Made by a program: the position numbers and the translations under genes. Positions 25,323-37,103 of a DNA stretch of 64,000 nt are shown in pieces; position 1 is the first letter of the stretch, and each line of letters starts with the position of its first letter. The DNA comes from Lytechinus pictus (lineage: Eukaryota): positions 9,736,001-9,800,000 of the forward strand of contig NC_087246.1 in the NCBI RefSeq assembly GCF_037042905.1. The letters are read 5' to 3'. The notes under the pieces are model-generated. The model was not told where the DNA came from, searched no databases, and saw only the letters and a list, made by a program, of their open reading frames with translations.

Positions 25323-27241
25323 CACAAACAAAAAGTAAGTCCCCCCTTAAACAAACATCCATAATTTCCGAACCACTGGGATTTTTAAATATATTTTTAC
25401 ATGAGCGTGTAGGTGATTTTATAAGCTACCCTCTTCGTGAATGTTACGGACGTATTTTATGTCATGCTTCAGTGAGCAGAATGCAAAATTGTCACTTTTT
25501 AAAAGTCACAAGCAAAATGTCATGACTTTGATTCCAGTTTATTGGACAGATTCCACATTCTCATCATGAAAAATAGAAAGCTTGTAAAAGGTACTTTCTA
25601 AAAGACGATGCAACCTTCTTTGCCAAATTTCACGGTTGAATAAACACAGTCAAAATTTGCTATCATTGGAAATTTTACACATTTCTATCGATGAAAATGA
25701 TCGAATATGATGACATTTATTTTTGGGAAGAGTATCTTCACCAATATTCATCATTTCACGGCTCATTGAACATTTAATGAAAACAGAAAATACGATTTTC
25801 AAATATCATTGGCAAGTATTAATGTTTCAATTTGGTAACTGAAACTATCTTTTCTCAACCTTTTTCGTAATGTTCATGACCAATTAACATGCTTCAATGA
25901 TTCAAAGGCATTATAATTAAACATTCACGCTTGAATGAACATGTGGAATGTGATTAGCTCTTTTGTACGTTATTGGAAAAAAATGCAATTGCTAACTATG
26001 GATATCTGTCACAAACCTTCTTGCATAGTTAATTTGATTTGATTTTTATGACAATCCCGATATTTAATGCTTCAGTGAGCACACAATATTCGAAAATTAT
26101 GCAAATGAGAAGAAAGTTCAAGGCCTTGGCCCCACTCTGTGCCGTATCGCATGGTTATTTGAGTGTGCGAGCCCTTTGGATAGTGTCACTCTGAAGCCAT
26201 GTGCGAAGTTTCATGAGAGAACTATTGGCAGAAGTAACAAAAACCGACTATGAAACAAACTCTTATTTCACTTTTGTCAAAATTTTGATTTCCTCTCTCA
26301 TAGACTTTGTGTACATTATGGATGCATATGTTTCAGAATAAGTAACCCCCTATTCAATGTGGTGAAACTTTTTTTCAAAGCTGTCTTTAGCAGTTTTATT
26401 TGGCAGTAATTAATGTTTATCAACCTATGGGCAGAATTCTATGTAAAAATGAAATGTTTGTTTATGGATGAGTGAGCACGCCTCAAAAAAGGGGAAAAGG
26501 GGCATTTTCAATGTCACAGACTCATTTTTAGGGGTTATAAAGTGAATAATGGGGGCAAATTCGGTTTCAAATGTAACTCAATGGGTGTTTTTTTTTATCA
26601 TCTATTATTTTTATCACCGCACACTTTCCGAACTTTTTACACTGTCATGGTTGAGCAAGCACACTCGAAAACTTATAAATCAATACTCTTTTTACTGCAT
26701 AAATGTATTCTTTTCCTAACAATTTCTCAGTATCAGTTGAATTTATGGACAAATCAGTGGTGGATCCAGAATTTGAAAGTGGGGGAGGTGCTGAGATATT
26801 GGGGGAGGGGAGCCACTAAAATTTTCCAATTTTAACATGTTTTAACAAGTTACAGACAATACTACCATAAACCCCTATGAGATGATACGTCACAAAAAAT
26901 GTGCTCACTCAAGCATGAACATACGTTATCAAAATTTTGTGTGGAGTGGCTCAATGATGGATAGTAAAACAACATTAACATCATAAAATTCACCAAAAAA
27001 CAGCCTTTGACCAACTTTGTATTTACACAATCTGAATGAAAACGACTCTTGTGACTTTCAAAAATTGTCATTTTTAATTCAATCTTTGATTACTCATGCA
27101 TGACCCAACTGATCAATCACATTTTCCCCCAGGAGTTGCTTAATGAGTGTAAAAACCACCTACGAAATATTATATCTCAAAATTATTCCGTTCAAAAGTT
27201 ACAGCATTTTGATTTAGGGGGGACTTACTTTTTTTGTTGTG
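25323..27241. mobile_element. 1.9-kb non-autonomous TIR element flanked by TA
   Basis: TIRs CACAAACAAAAAGTAAGTCCCCCC / GGGGGGACTTACTTTTTTTGTTGTG; no transposase ORF. Confidence 0.8.
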
Positions 27242-28044
27242 TATAGTTCATGAAACTTGGACATTAAGGGTACTGAACATCCTGCCTGCATGAGTTTCAG
27301 GTTACATGGACTAGGTGAAAGGTCAATTAGGGCCAATGAGCTTTTGCCATGTTGGGGGTATATTCGTTGAATTTCATTCGGTAACTTTGAAACTTTATGG
27401 AGCTAACTTGGATAAGAGTAATCAAGTACCACTGAACATCCCATTTGAGTTTCCGTTTACATGACCAAGATCAAATGTCATTTAAGGTCAATAAACTTTT
27501 GGCCATGTTGCAGGGGCGGACCCAGCCTTCTCCAATAAAGGGGGGGGGGCGGAATTTTTTTCAGCCATATTTTCCCTGATCGGCCGCTCGAAGTGTATAG
27601 TCCTTGTCACTTCTTAGCTTTATTCTTATAAATCAACATAGATACATAATCTCATAATCCTTATTCAAATAGTGCGTGTGCGCGAGCTCATTAAAAAAAA
27701 ATGTAATTTTGTCCTAAAATTTGAACATTCTGGGCAATGTTTGTGATCCCGAACAAGATGTGTATGCAACCTAAGGCCGCTGCGAGCGCTAACAGAAATT
27801 TTTAGTATATGTTTTGAACTGATCACTGAAACGGTGCCTAATATATAAGGACTGCTTGCAGTTATCCATGACGATGTTACATATAATTTCAACAATGCGA
27901 TGTGGAAGCTTATAATGTTAAACGGAATTAGGGATACAATGGTAATATGCTTATTTTTTTCTGCAAATTCGTTCAATATCCAATAGAGAGTTTTTTAAGT
28001 ATAAAGTCTTTTTTTCAAGGCATTACATTCTATCATTAGAGAGA

Positions 28045-28251
28045 GCGAAGTTGGCTCAGTGGGTTAAAAGTGTCTGCCTGTCGTACCAAAGATCGTGGCA
28101 GCGTGGCCAGTTAAAAAAATCAAATTATGCCAGAGGAGCAGCGAAATTATGCTAAATCGCGAAAAATTATGCCAAACCGTTTTGGACCCTAGGATTTTCC
28201 ACAGGGGGCCGGGGGGGGGGGGGCAAAACCGTCCGCCAAAAAAATTTGACA

Positions 28252-28288
<37 letters not shown>

Positions 28289-28900
28289 TCTTCAATCTTC
28301 AAATAGATCAAAATTATGCTAAATATGCTATTATCATGCCAGATTCTTTGCTTTAAAAAGTCTAATTATGCCCCAAATTATGCTGAAAGGGTCGAAATTA
28401 TGCCAGAAAAAAAAGTCAAAATTATGCCGGCATAATGAATTATGCTGAAAGGTTCGAAATTATGCCAGTTCTGGCAACGTTGGATCGTGGGTTCGAGTCC
28501 ATGCACCCCGGGCGGATGACTGAAGCCAGTGCGTTGTGTGTAAACGTCTCCCCTAATTCGAGATGCATGCTATAATGATGCTAAGTACTGCAGTGGAAAA
28601 CTGACACTCCGTCCCTCGGAGAGGACGTTAAATGGAGGCCCGTGTAGAGGAGATCTATAGTCACCACCTTTTGAGCCCACTGCACTATTATAAAGAGGCT
28701 AGTATTGGGGAAAACCCCGCTGTATAGTGGTCCACCTGCATTAATTTCCCCCAATCAGTTAATACAGCGGGAGGAGAGACCTGCGCGGGTCACAGTTCTG
28801 ATTGACTCGCTCCTCCAAAGTGCCTGTGAATCTTTGACAGATATACGGCGCTTTACAAAATTAATACTGCATGTGCCTCATCATCTTCATCATCATTATT
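28045..28900 (+). mobile_element. tRNA-derived SINE with Deu-like core and L2-like tail, interrupted by a MITE
   Basis: A box TGGCTCAGTGG, B box GGTTCGAGTCC. Core TCGGAGAGGACGTTAAATGGAGGCCCGTG...CCCACTGCACTATT resembles the DeuSINE domain (recalled, not searched). Tail GCGCTTTACAAAATT plus (CAT)n. Confidence 0.75.
28099..28482. mobile_element. hAT-type MITE with AAATTATGC repeats
   Basis: TIRs CAGCGTGGCCAG / CTGGCAACGTTG; perfect 8-bp TSD GATCGTGG. Confidence 0.85.
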
Positions 28901-29008
28901 TGCTTCAGTTTATTTGTTGATTCTTATTGATATAAAATTAAGATTTGTCAAATTTGTTGTGTTTATAAATTGTTGAGTTTATGTAAATCACTTGAATGAA
29001 ATCCTTAA

Positions 29009-29605
29009 AGGGGAATCCAGCCTTGGCCATAAAATGTTGTGTTGGGAAGGAGAAAAATAAATTAAACAGAATGGTGAAAGTTTGAAAGAAATCGGTCAAG
29101 CAATAAGAAAGTTATAGCTGCTTTAAAATTGAGATCATTCATACTATGTAGATTTAAAATTGGCAACTGGGTAAGTAAATTATGACAAGGGGCAAGGATA
29201 ACTTTCCCGTATAGGCCATGTACTTTATCATCAGGGATTTGTGGTTTTCTCCTAAGTACCCATTCCCCTGGGGCGGTAATCTAAATATAACCCATGTAGT
29301 ATATTGTTTTATGTCCTCATGAAAGAAAAATATATTTTGAAATAAAACTTTTGGGAAAAATGACATTTTAGCCATAATATGTATTGGAGTACATGGAAGA
29401 GTAGTCCTTGCCTTACATCACTATGCCATCCCATATGCGGCCAATTTGAAGTCTCCATGGGTATAGTGATTACCAATATTTACAACTTTTACAAATTTAT
29501 AACTTTCTTGTTGTTTGTCCAATATTGTTCAAACTTTCACCTATCAACTTGTCCGAATTTTCTTTTCCTTATAAAAACAAGTTTTTATTTGGGTTGGATT
29601 CCCCT
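29009..29605. mobile_element. Kolobok/T2-type MITE, family B
   Basis: TTAA-AGGGGAATCCAGCC...GGTTGGATTCCCCT-TTAA. Confidence 0.85.
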
Positions 29606-29609
29606 TTAA

Positions 29610-30199
29610 AGGGGAATGAAACCTTTGGAATAACGGTAGGCTTGTGTCGAAACAGAACGTATAAAAACAGATCAACAAAAGTTTGAGAAAAATCGGACAA
29701 ACAATGAGAGAGTTTAGAGCATTTGAATATTGCAATCACTATAATGCTATGGAGATCTTCCCATTGGCAATGCGACAATGATGCGCGTGATGTCACATGT
29801 GAACAACACTTACTTTCCCTTTGTTGGACTATAAAATACCCCCAAAATGTCTCTTTTTGCTTTTTCTTATGGTGATACAAATTCTTTATCCATGATGTAT
29901 TCTTTAAAAATCTGTATTACATGCCCTAGAAAGAACACATGATCTACTGATATAGATGTGATAAAAGAGGCAATAAGTGAAATATATACTAAAGCAATGG
30001 GGAGAGTTGTTCACAAGTGACATCACACAGCTTTGTCGCATTGCCAATTTGAGGATCTCCATAGCATTGATCGCAATATTCAAATGCTCATAACCTTCTC
30101 ATTATTTGTCCGATTTTTCTCAAACTTTCGTTGATTTGTTTCTTTGATTTTTCTGTACTTTTCACACAAGCTATCTTGTTCTTAAGGTTTCATTCTCCT
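29610..30199. mobile_element. Kolobok/T2-type MITE, family C
   Basis: TTAA-AGGGGAATGAAACCTT...AAGGTTTCATTCTCCT-TTAA; shares a TTAA with the preceding element. Confidence 0.85.
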
Positions 30200-30774
30200 T
30201 TAACAAAACGATGTTGAAAAAAAAAGAAGAAAAGAAAATAAAACCTGTCTGTGTCTTGCAGGTGTGAGTTTGTTTGTTTTGTGTAATAAACGAGCGCCTT
30301 TGGAAAACTGATTCATGATCCCCCCCCCCCCCCCCCGTCTAACAAATGGATCTATGCCCCTGGTAATCATCACAGTAAATATAAATCATTGGATTTGTGA
30401 ACAAAAAAAAAGAAGTACATACGCATAAAGGTATATATATATATATATAAACTTTTTAAAAAAAATGAGAAAAGAATTCGAGCTAGGTCTTCTTACTTAA
30501 GTTAGGTCAAGTCCACCCCAGAAAAATGTTGATTTGAATAAATAGAAAAAAAATCAAACTAACTAGCATAACGCTGAAAATTTCATCAAAATCGGATGTA
30601 AAATAAGAGAGTTATGGCATTTTAAAGTTATGAATTCACAAAACAGTGATATGCATAACTCATGTGACATGCAAATGAGTCAGTCGATCGATGATGTCCA
30701 CCACTCACTATTTCGTTTGTTTTTATTGTTTGAATTATACAATATTTCAGATGTATTATTTCTAGTATTTGTTT

Positions 30775-31174
30775 GGCGTCACCTGTGCCTGGGAGGCGAA
30801 AAGCGAACTGAATCATTATTATGACCCGCAGGTCTCTCCTCCCGATATAACTGATTGGGGGGGGGGGGGAGTGCATGCTGCGGGTGGACCCCGGGGGTGG
30901 ACCACTACACCGGGCCCGGCCGGTTTCCCCCTACTCTTATACGAATAGTGCAGTGGGTTCTTAACGTGCAATGAGGTGGTGACTCTCCTCTACACGGGGC
31001 CTCCATTTAACGTACTATCCGAGGGACGGAGTGTTTTCCATTGTAACATAGCTTGCAGACGTTTACACAAAACGCACTGGCTTAATTAATTCAGTTATCC
31101 GCCCGGGGTGGAATCGAACCCTCGATCTTTAGGCCTAATTGTCGACGGGCAGACGCGTTACCGACTGAGCCAAC
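30775..31174 (-). mobile_element. tRNA-derived Deu-like SINE
   Basis: Reverse complement of the 28045 family: GTTGGCTCAGTCGG A box, GGTTCGATTCC B box, TCCGTCCCTCGGATAGTACGTTAAATGGAGGCCCCGTG core. Confidence 0.8.
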
Positions 31175-31183
31175 AAGGACCAC

Positions 31184-33043
31184 CCCGGGGGGCCACTTCC
31201 ATTCACGAGTGGATACCATTGCGCGACCATGGGGTCTCGAAAAGCACCCTCAACACGTATTGTCCATATACTGAAAATGCACCCTTTAACAGTATTGGCG
31301 TGTAAAACCCTACCCTTAACAAGTATTGGAAACAAAACGATGCTCTTGGCAACTTGAATTGAACCCCTAAACAAGTACAACAAATTGTCAGACGTCGATC
31401 GGTCGTCGGTTTTACCTTCCCAGAAGGAAAAACCAGTTCCACTGGACCAGTTAGACCAGTAGAATTTTAACTGGTAACTCTGGAAATTGGAACATCGGTT
31501 TACTGGTCTAACTGGTCATACTGGTCCAGTTAAAATTTTACTGGTCCAGTTAAAAATTAAACTGGTCTTGAATTACTGGAATTTTATACTGGTCTTGTTT
31601 CTTGTGGTTGTTACTGGTCTCACTGGTCTTCAGACTGGTCTTCAGACTGGTATCCAATTCAAGCTGGTCTTTACTGGTATTTTCTACTGGTCTGACTGGT
31701 CCTCGAACTGGTCGAACTGGTCCTCGTACTGGTCTTACTGGATCAATTTATTACATGCATTTGGTTTGTTATATACCATGGTCAGTGAAATGTGATGGAA
31801 AAGATGGTTAGTAAATTAATCTTTCTGCTGTTATTTTAAATGTGATATATGAAATTACACATTTTCATTGTGAATTAGTTCACACACTTATTTGGAAAGT
31901 TTTTAAACAACAATGAGTGCCATTGCATGGATAATCCATTTAAAATCCTGATTTTTCTTTTTATAATAGGAAATATGCAAATGAGGTAAACCACGTGACC
32001 AGCATCATCAGAATTACTGGTATTACTGGTCTTGACCAGTTCAATTTCAAACAATGAATTACTTTAGTCCAGTTGACTATATCAGAGGAATATATCTTGC
32101 TTTGATCTTAATCATAATTAAAGGAAATAATTAATTTAATGATAATGTTAATACTTGATAATTATGATAATATTAATAATAATTACAATATCAATAACAA
32201 TGATAACAGTAATAAGAATGATAACAATGATCATAATAATCATAATAATAATAATTATGATGATTATAAGAATGATGATAACAATGATAACGATAATAAA
32301 TTTCTTTGAATTGCAAGATTCATTTTCCATAATTCGTCAAATGATCTGACTTGAAATAAGTGATTATTTATTGGACCAGTAACACCAGTTTGATGAAAAC
32401 AATTTAACTGGTATTACTACTTTGCTTCAACTGGAATGCAATTGTTTGAACTGGTCTCCAGTTGATTTTTACTGGTCCAGTTAAAATCAACCGGTCCAGT
32501 AAACATATACTGGAAACCAGTAAAAATCTACTGGAAACCATTTATTGGACCAGAAACACCAGTTTGATGAAAAAAAAATTAACTGGTATTACTAATTGCT
32601 TCAACTGGAATGCAATTGTTGGAACTGGTCTCCAGTTGATTTTTACTGGTCCAGTTAAAAATCAACTGGCCCAGTAAAAATATACTGGAAACCAGCTAGT
32701 AAAATTCTACTGGAAACCAGTAAAAATTCTTACTGGTCTTACTGGTTTTTCCTTCTGGGTTTACCTATATTGGGTTAAGTATACAGCCCCATACAGCCCC
32801 TCGCGCAAATCGTACTCTAAACACGTAGTGTATGACTCTTGGGGCAAAAAGTACATCCTTTATAACAGTTTTGGTCTGAATTTTGTATACCCTAGCTCGC
32901 AAATTTGACCCTAAACACGTATAGCTTTCCTAGCGAAAATAGATACCTTTTTTCATTATTTTAGTGTTTTTGACACCCTTATTACGTTACGTACGTAACG
33001 TGCCCTATCTTGAAAAAGACATCCTTTTTAGTGGCCCCCCGGG
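31184..33043. mobile_element. Unclassified TIR element with CCCGGG termini
   Basis: TIRs CCCGGGGGGCCAC / GTGGCCCCCCGGG; 7-bp direct repeat GGACCAC on both sides. A related fragment lies at ~61060-61230. Confidence 0.8.
31419..32759. mobile_element. EnSpm/CACTA-type non-autonomous element
   Basis: TIRs CCCAGAAGGAAAAACCAGT / ACTGGTTTTTCCTTCTGGG; 2-bp TSD TT; dense subterminal ACTGG/CCAGT repeats; central (ATA/ATG)n tract at ~32130-32300. Confidence 0.8.
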
Positions 33044-33363
33044 GGACCACCTTGACTGAACCATATAGCATTATGCTAATTCCACATGTTCAGAGAGGAA
33101 TTAATCGTTGTTTCACTAGACAATGAGGAGATAAGAATATAATAAAATAGAAAATAAATAGTGAGTGGATGACGTCACCAGTCTTCTCATTTGCATACCG
33201 ACCAGGATGTGCATAATAATTATATAACTGTTTTGTGAATTTAAGCGAAACTTTAAAATGTCATAACTCAGTTTCTTTCATCCGATTTTTTTTCAGTGTT
33301 ATGCTTTGGATTTTTCTCTTTTTATCAAAATCAACTTTTTGTTGAGGTGGATTTGTCCTTTAA

Positions 33364-33872
33364 AGGGAAAGTTCACCCTGACAAAAAAGTTTATTGTAAA
33401 AATAGCAGAAAAATAATAAAAAACGTTGGTGAAGTTTTGAGGAAAAATCCATCAAAGATTTAAAAAGTTGTTAGAATTCTATTTTTTTTTACTGGTGACA
33501 TCACATACGAGCAGCTAGCTTGCAAATAGTGAATTGAAAAAAATCAATGAAATATCGATCATTTAAAAAAAATAAATTGGGTTTTGATACTCCGGCCTTT
33601 AAGCCTAGGCCTATATCACACACCCGCTCCTGAAAGAAAAACAAATCCAAAATGAACATTTCTGTATTTTTATATTATGGGGCAGCTGCTCGTATATGAC
33701 GTCACAAATCAAATACTCACAATTTTAATAACTTTCTTAATCTTTAATCTTTAATGGAATTTCCTCTAACCTTCACCAATATTTTTTCAACAATTTTTGT
33801 CCCCTGTCCCGGGCGCGGGCCCCTGTATTCTTTATTTACAATAAACTTCATCAGGTCGAGCTCGATCCCCCT
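33364..33872. mobile_element. Kolobok/T2-type MITE, family D, about 210 bp upstream of the coronin ATG
   Basis: TTAA-AGGGAAAGTTCACCCTGA...TCAGGTCGAGCTCGATCCCCCT-TTAA; palindromic body. Confidence 0.75.
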
Positions 33873-34082
33873 TTAACGTGCATGTTGAGCTGCCGTTTTT
33901 ATGCCGAAGAATCCAAAACCCACTTCCGCATTTTTCGCTGCTGTCGTATATATCTCTAGCTCTGTGTATGATACATCTATTTCGAAGATCAACGAAAGCC
34001 GGTACGGTTCACGCACGCCCATTTTGCACATTGCGGAAGCAGATTCAAAGAAGTAACAAACTCGAAGCAAGTTTTAAGTAAA

Positions 34083-34280
34083 ATGGCCGGTAGATTTGTC
34101 AGAGAAAGCAAGCTCCGAAATGTTTTCGGGAAGGAATTCAAAAAGGACCAGTGCTTCGAATCGATTCGAGTGACCAAAAATAACAACGCGCAGCTGATCT
34201 GCGCTGTCAATCCGAAGTTAGTGGCAGTGGTCACAGATAAGGGCGGTGGAAACTCCCTGCTTGTACTGCCCCACAGCAAG
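34083..34280 (+). CDS. Coronin coding exon 1
   Basis: MAGRFVRESKLRNVFGKEFKKDQCFESIRVTK...LVLPHSK; donor GTAAGC. Confidence 0.94.
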
Positions 34281-34644
34281 GTAAGCACGGTATGCGTTGT
34301 TGGACGTACGGGTGGTGGCACTCGTCACTGCACAGTGGTAGTGGTAGGCCGCCTTACTCCCTTAGTTCCGTTCCGGGAAGCTTCCCTGGTTGGCCTTGGG
34401 CTTGGCGTGCAGCCGGAGTGCAGCGGCGGTGCAGTGGGGGTACTCGAATTTAACATGATACCTAGTATTAGTAACCACGCCGGGTCGGGGTAGACCAAAA
34501 GGCAAAAAAACGTGTTTAAAGGGGTGTTTTTTCAGTTTTGGACGCGGTCCGCGCGTGGACTCGTTAAGGGTATAAAAAACACAGATTTTCAATAAAAAGG
34601 GTAGTTTTGAAGGACTGGTTAATGGTCAAATATATTGCTGTACA

Positions 34645-35540
34645 TAGTCTTGAGGACTCCCATGATGATGTTTTATCAATCTGACATATACTTCTTATCA
34701 TGGGAGTCTTGAACAGGGTTTCATATACACGTAAGCGAAGGAAGTACACAAAGATGGATTTCCCCAGGAAATCCATCTTTGTGCACTAGAATCGCACGAA
34801 ATAGGTTTATTTTATTAATTTCTACACCTTCCCACGCGTAATGCGTAGGAAGGTTTTACAAATGGTCACTTAAAAAGTATAAAAAATAGGGTTTCTTACC
34901 AGACTGATGTCGCGAAGACCCCCTCGTTCCACATGTAAACAACGCAAATACAATGGCTACGACCCTTGAACTGCTTATGTATTACGTAGGTATTACGTAC
35001 TTTCGATGCACGATGCCGTTTTGAAAAACAATTCATAGAAAAAAAAAAATTTTATGAATATTAAAACTTATTACGTGATTATAAATAATTATTATCTTAC
35101 TACTAATTATTTATAATCACGTAATAAGTTTTAATATTCATAAAATATTTTTTGTATCTATGAATTGTTTTTCAAAACGGCATCGCGCATCGGAAGTACG
35201 TAATACATAAGCAGTTCAAGGGTCGTAGCCATTGTATTTGCGTTGTTTACATGTGGAACGAGGGGGTCTTCGCGACATCAGTCTGGTAAGAAACCCTATT
35301 TTTTATACTTTTTAAGTGACCATTTGTAAAACCTTCCTACGCATTACGCGTGGGAAGGTGTAGAAATTAATAAAATAAACCTATTTCGTGCGATTCTAGT
35401 GCACAAAGATGGATTTCCTGGGGAAATCCATCTTTGTGTACTTCCTTCGCTTACGTGTATATGAAACCCTGTTCAAGACTCCCATGATAAGAAGTATATG
35501 TCAGATTGATAAAACATCATCATGGGAGTCCTCAAGACTA
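34645..35540. mobile_element. 896-bp foldback hAT-type MITE
   Basis: TAG...CTA termini; perfect 8-bp TSD GCTGTACA; the two halves are near-perfect reverse complements. Confidence 0.92.
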
Positions 35541-35575
35541 GCTGTACACACACTTGACCCAAAAAACGCGTTTAA

Positions 35576-37103
35576 GGACGTTCCACAGTAAAAGTGAAAT
35601 CCATGTCCTTTTCACCAAACTTTGCACTTAGATACTATAGAACCTTAATATTCGAAATATGCAAAAATTAACATAGGTCCATGTGCTTGATTTTTTGCTA
35701 TAGAACTTCAAAGTTTACCCAAATTGATGTTCTTAAGAATTGCGCATTCAAAAGAATTTGGCATTTTTATTTAGACTGCCCAAGATTACTACAATGAGTT
35801 TAAACCTGTATTACTCAGTCGAAATACATGAAAAAGTCATCAAATTTCGCAAGAGAGTTAAAGGAGAATGAAACCCTTGAAACCAGCTGAATCCATATCA
35901 AAGAGAAAAATCAAAGGAACACATTGTTGAAAGTTTGAGGAAGATTGAATGAATAATAAGAAAGTTATGAGCATTTGAATATTGAGATCACTAGTGCCAT
36001 GTAGATCCTCCCATCGGCAATGCGACCAAGATCTGTGATATCACACACGTACAACTCCCTCATTACTTTAGTACTTATTTCACTTATATTCTCACTTTTA
36101 TAGAGTCTATCACAAGGTGAGGTGTTCTCTTTATGAGATGACAAGTACAGAGGTTTCACAACATTATATCATTGATGAATCGTTTGTCATATGATTAGAA
36201 TGAGCAAAAAGAAATGTTTTGGGGTATATTTTCAGTGTCCAAATGGGAGAGTTGTACGTGTGTGACATCACAGATCTTGGTCGCATTGCCAATGGGAGGA
36301 TCTCCATAGCATTAGTGATCTCGACATTAAAATGCTCATAACTCTTTTATTGCTAGTCCTATTTTACTCAAACTTTTGTTGATCTTATTTTTTTATTTTT
36401 CTGCTTTCACAAAAGCTAACTTGCTCCAAGAGTTTCATTCTCCTTTAATAATTGTATCGTTAGAATGGAGAATATATTTATAGTGCTATTTGTTTGCAAT
36501 TTTAAGTTTAACAGCACTGTCAGTTCTTAAAAATGACGTAAAAGATAACAAAATCCCAATCTAAAAAATGTGAAATTTCAGTAACAAACTCCAAAAGTAC
36601 AATAAATGCTGCACTTTATTCAAAATCCATGTCATTTTCACCAAAATGTGTAGAGTTGTAGAGGAAGGTATACCTAAGAGGAACAAACATTAAAAAATAG
36701 GGGTTCATGTGCTTGTTTTTAAACTATCAGTATTTTTATTAGAGCAAATGTGCTTTTTAAAACACCAAAAAATGCGCTGAATGCTTTGTATCTATGTGAA
36801 GAAAAAATCAAAACCACTCTACCATTTATTCAAACTCGGGGTAATATTCGTGATTCTTGGCAGCACTGCAGAGTAAAGTATTTTGAAATTGTAGAGAATC
36901 TTTTTTTGAATGGTCCATGGAATAATTCCATTTTTTAGCTTCATGAAATAACGCATCGGATCTGCAGTTAAAGTGCAGAAGATGAGAAAAATCAGCACAT
37001 ACCCGCAGCTAATTAATCACCTGTTCATCCATTGTGACGTCAGCGCGCAGAGTGTAAACTATGCGCAGATCATAATGCGCACCAACATAACTGTGGAACG
37101 TCC
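35576..37103. mobile_element. Kolobok-type non-autonomous element
   Basis: TTAA-GGACGTTCCACAGT...ACTGTGGAACGTCC-TTAA. Confidence 0.85.
35862..36444. mobile_element. Kolobok/T2-type MITE related to family C, nested
   Basis: TTAA-AGGAGAATGAAAC...GTTTCATTCTCCT-TTAA. Confidence 0.85.

Larger units (their letters stand above)
24743..27510 (+). mobile_element. HINE/Helentron-like element (same family as 54533), interrupted by two DNA elements
   Basis: Shares GCGCCGCTTTTC..GGCGGCGTCAACA and CAGGTCACATGACCAAGGTCAAAGGTCA units; the repeat resumes at 27244. Confidence 0.7.
30504..33359. mobile_element. Kolobok/T2-type MITE family A, split by nested insertions
   Basis: Left half ~30504-30770; right half ~33044-33359 ending GGTGGATTTGTCCT-TTAA. 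Confidence 0.8.

Noticed and set aside
31487..32677. TG-rich and poly-Ile ORFs
   Set aside because: Translations of ACTGG subterminal repeats and an (ATA)n tract inside a transposon.
34281..34493. Extension of coronin ORF 34083-34493 beyond LPHSK
   Set aside because: A strong GTAAGC donor lies at 34281 and homology resumes at 47550, so the extension is intron.
34564..35591. Two nearly identical ORFs (MDFLGKSIF...) on opposite strands
   Set aside because: They are a by-product of the palindromic element; no protein motif.
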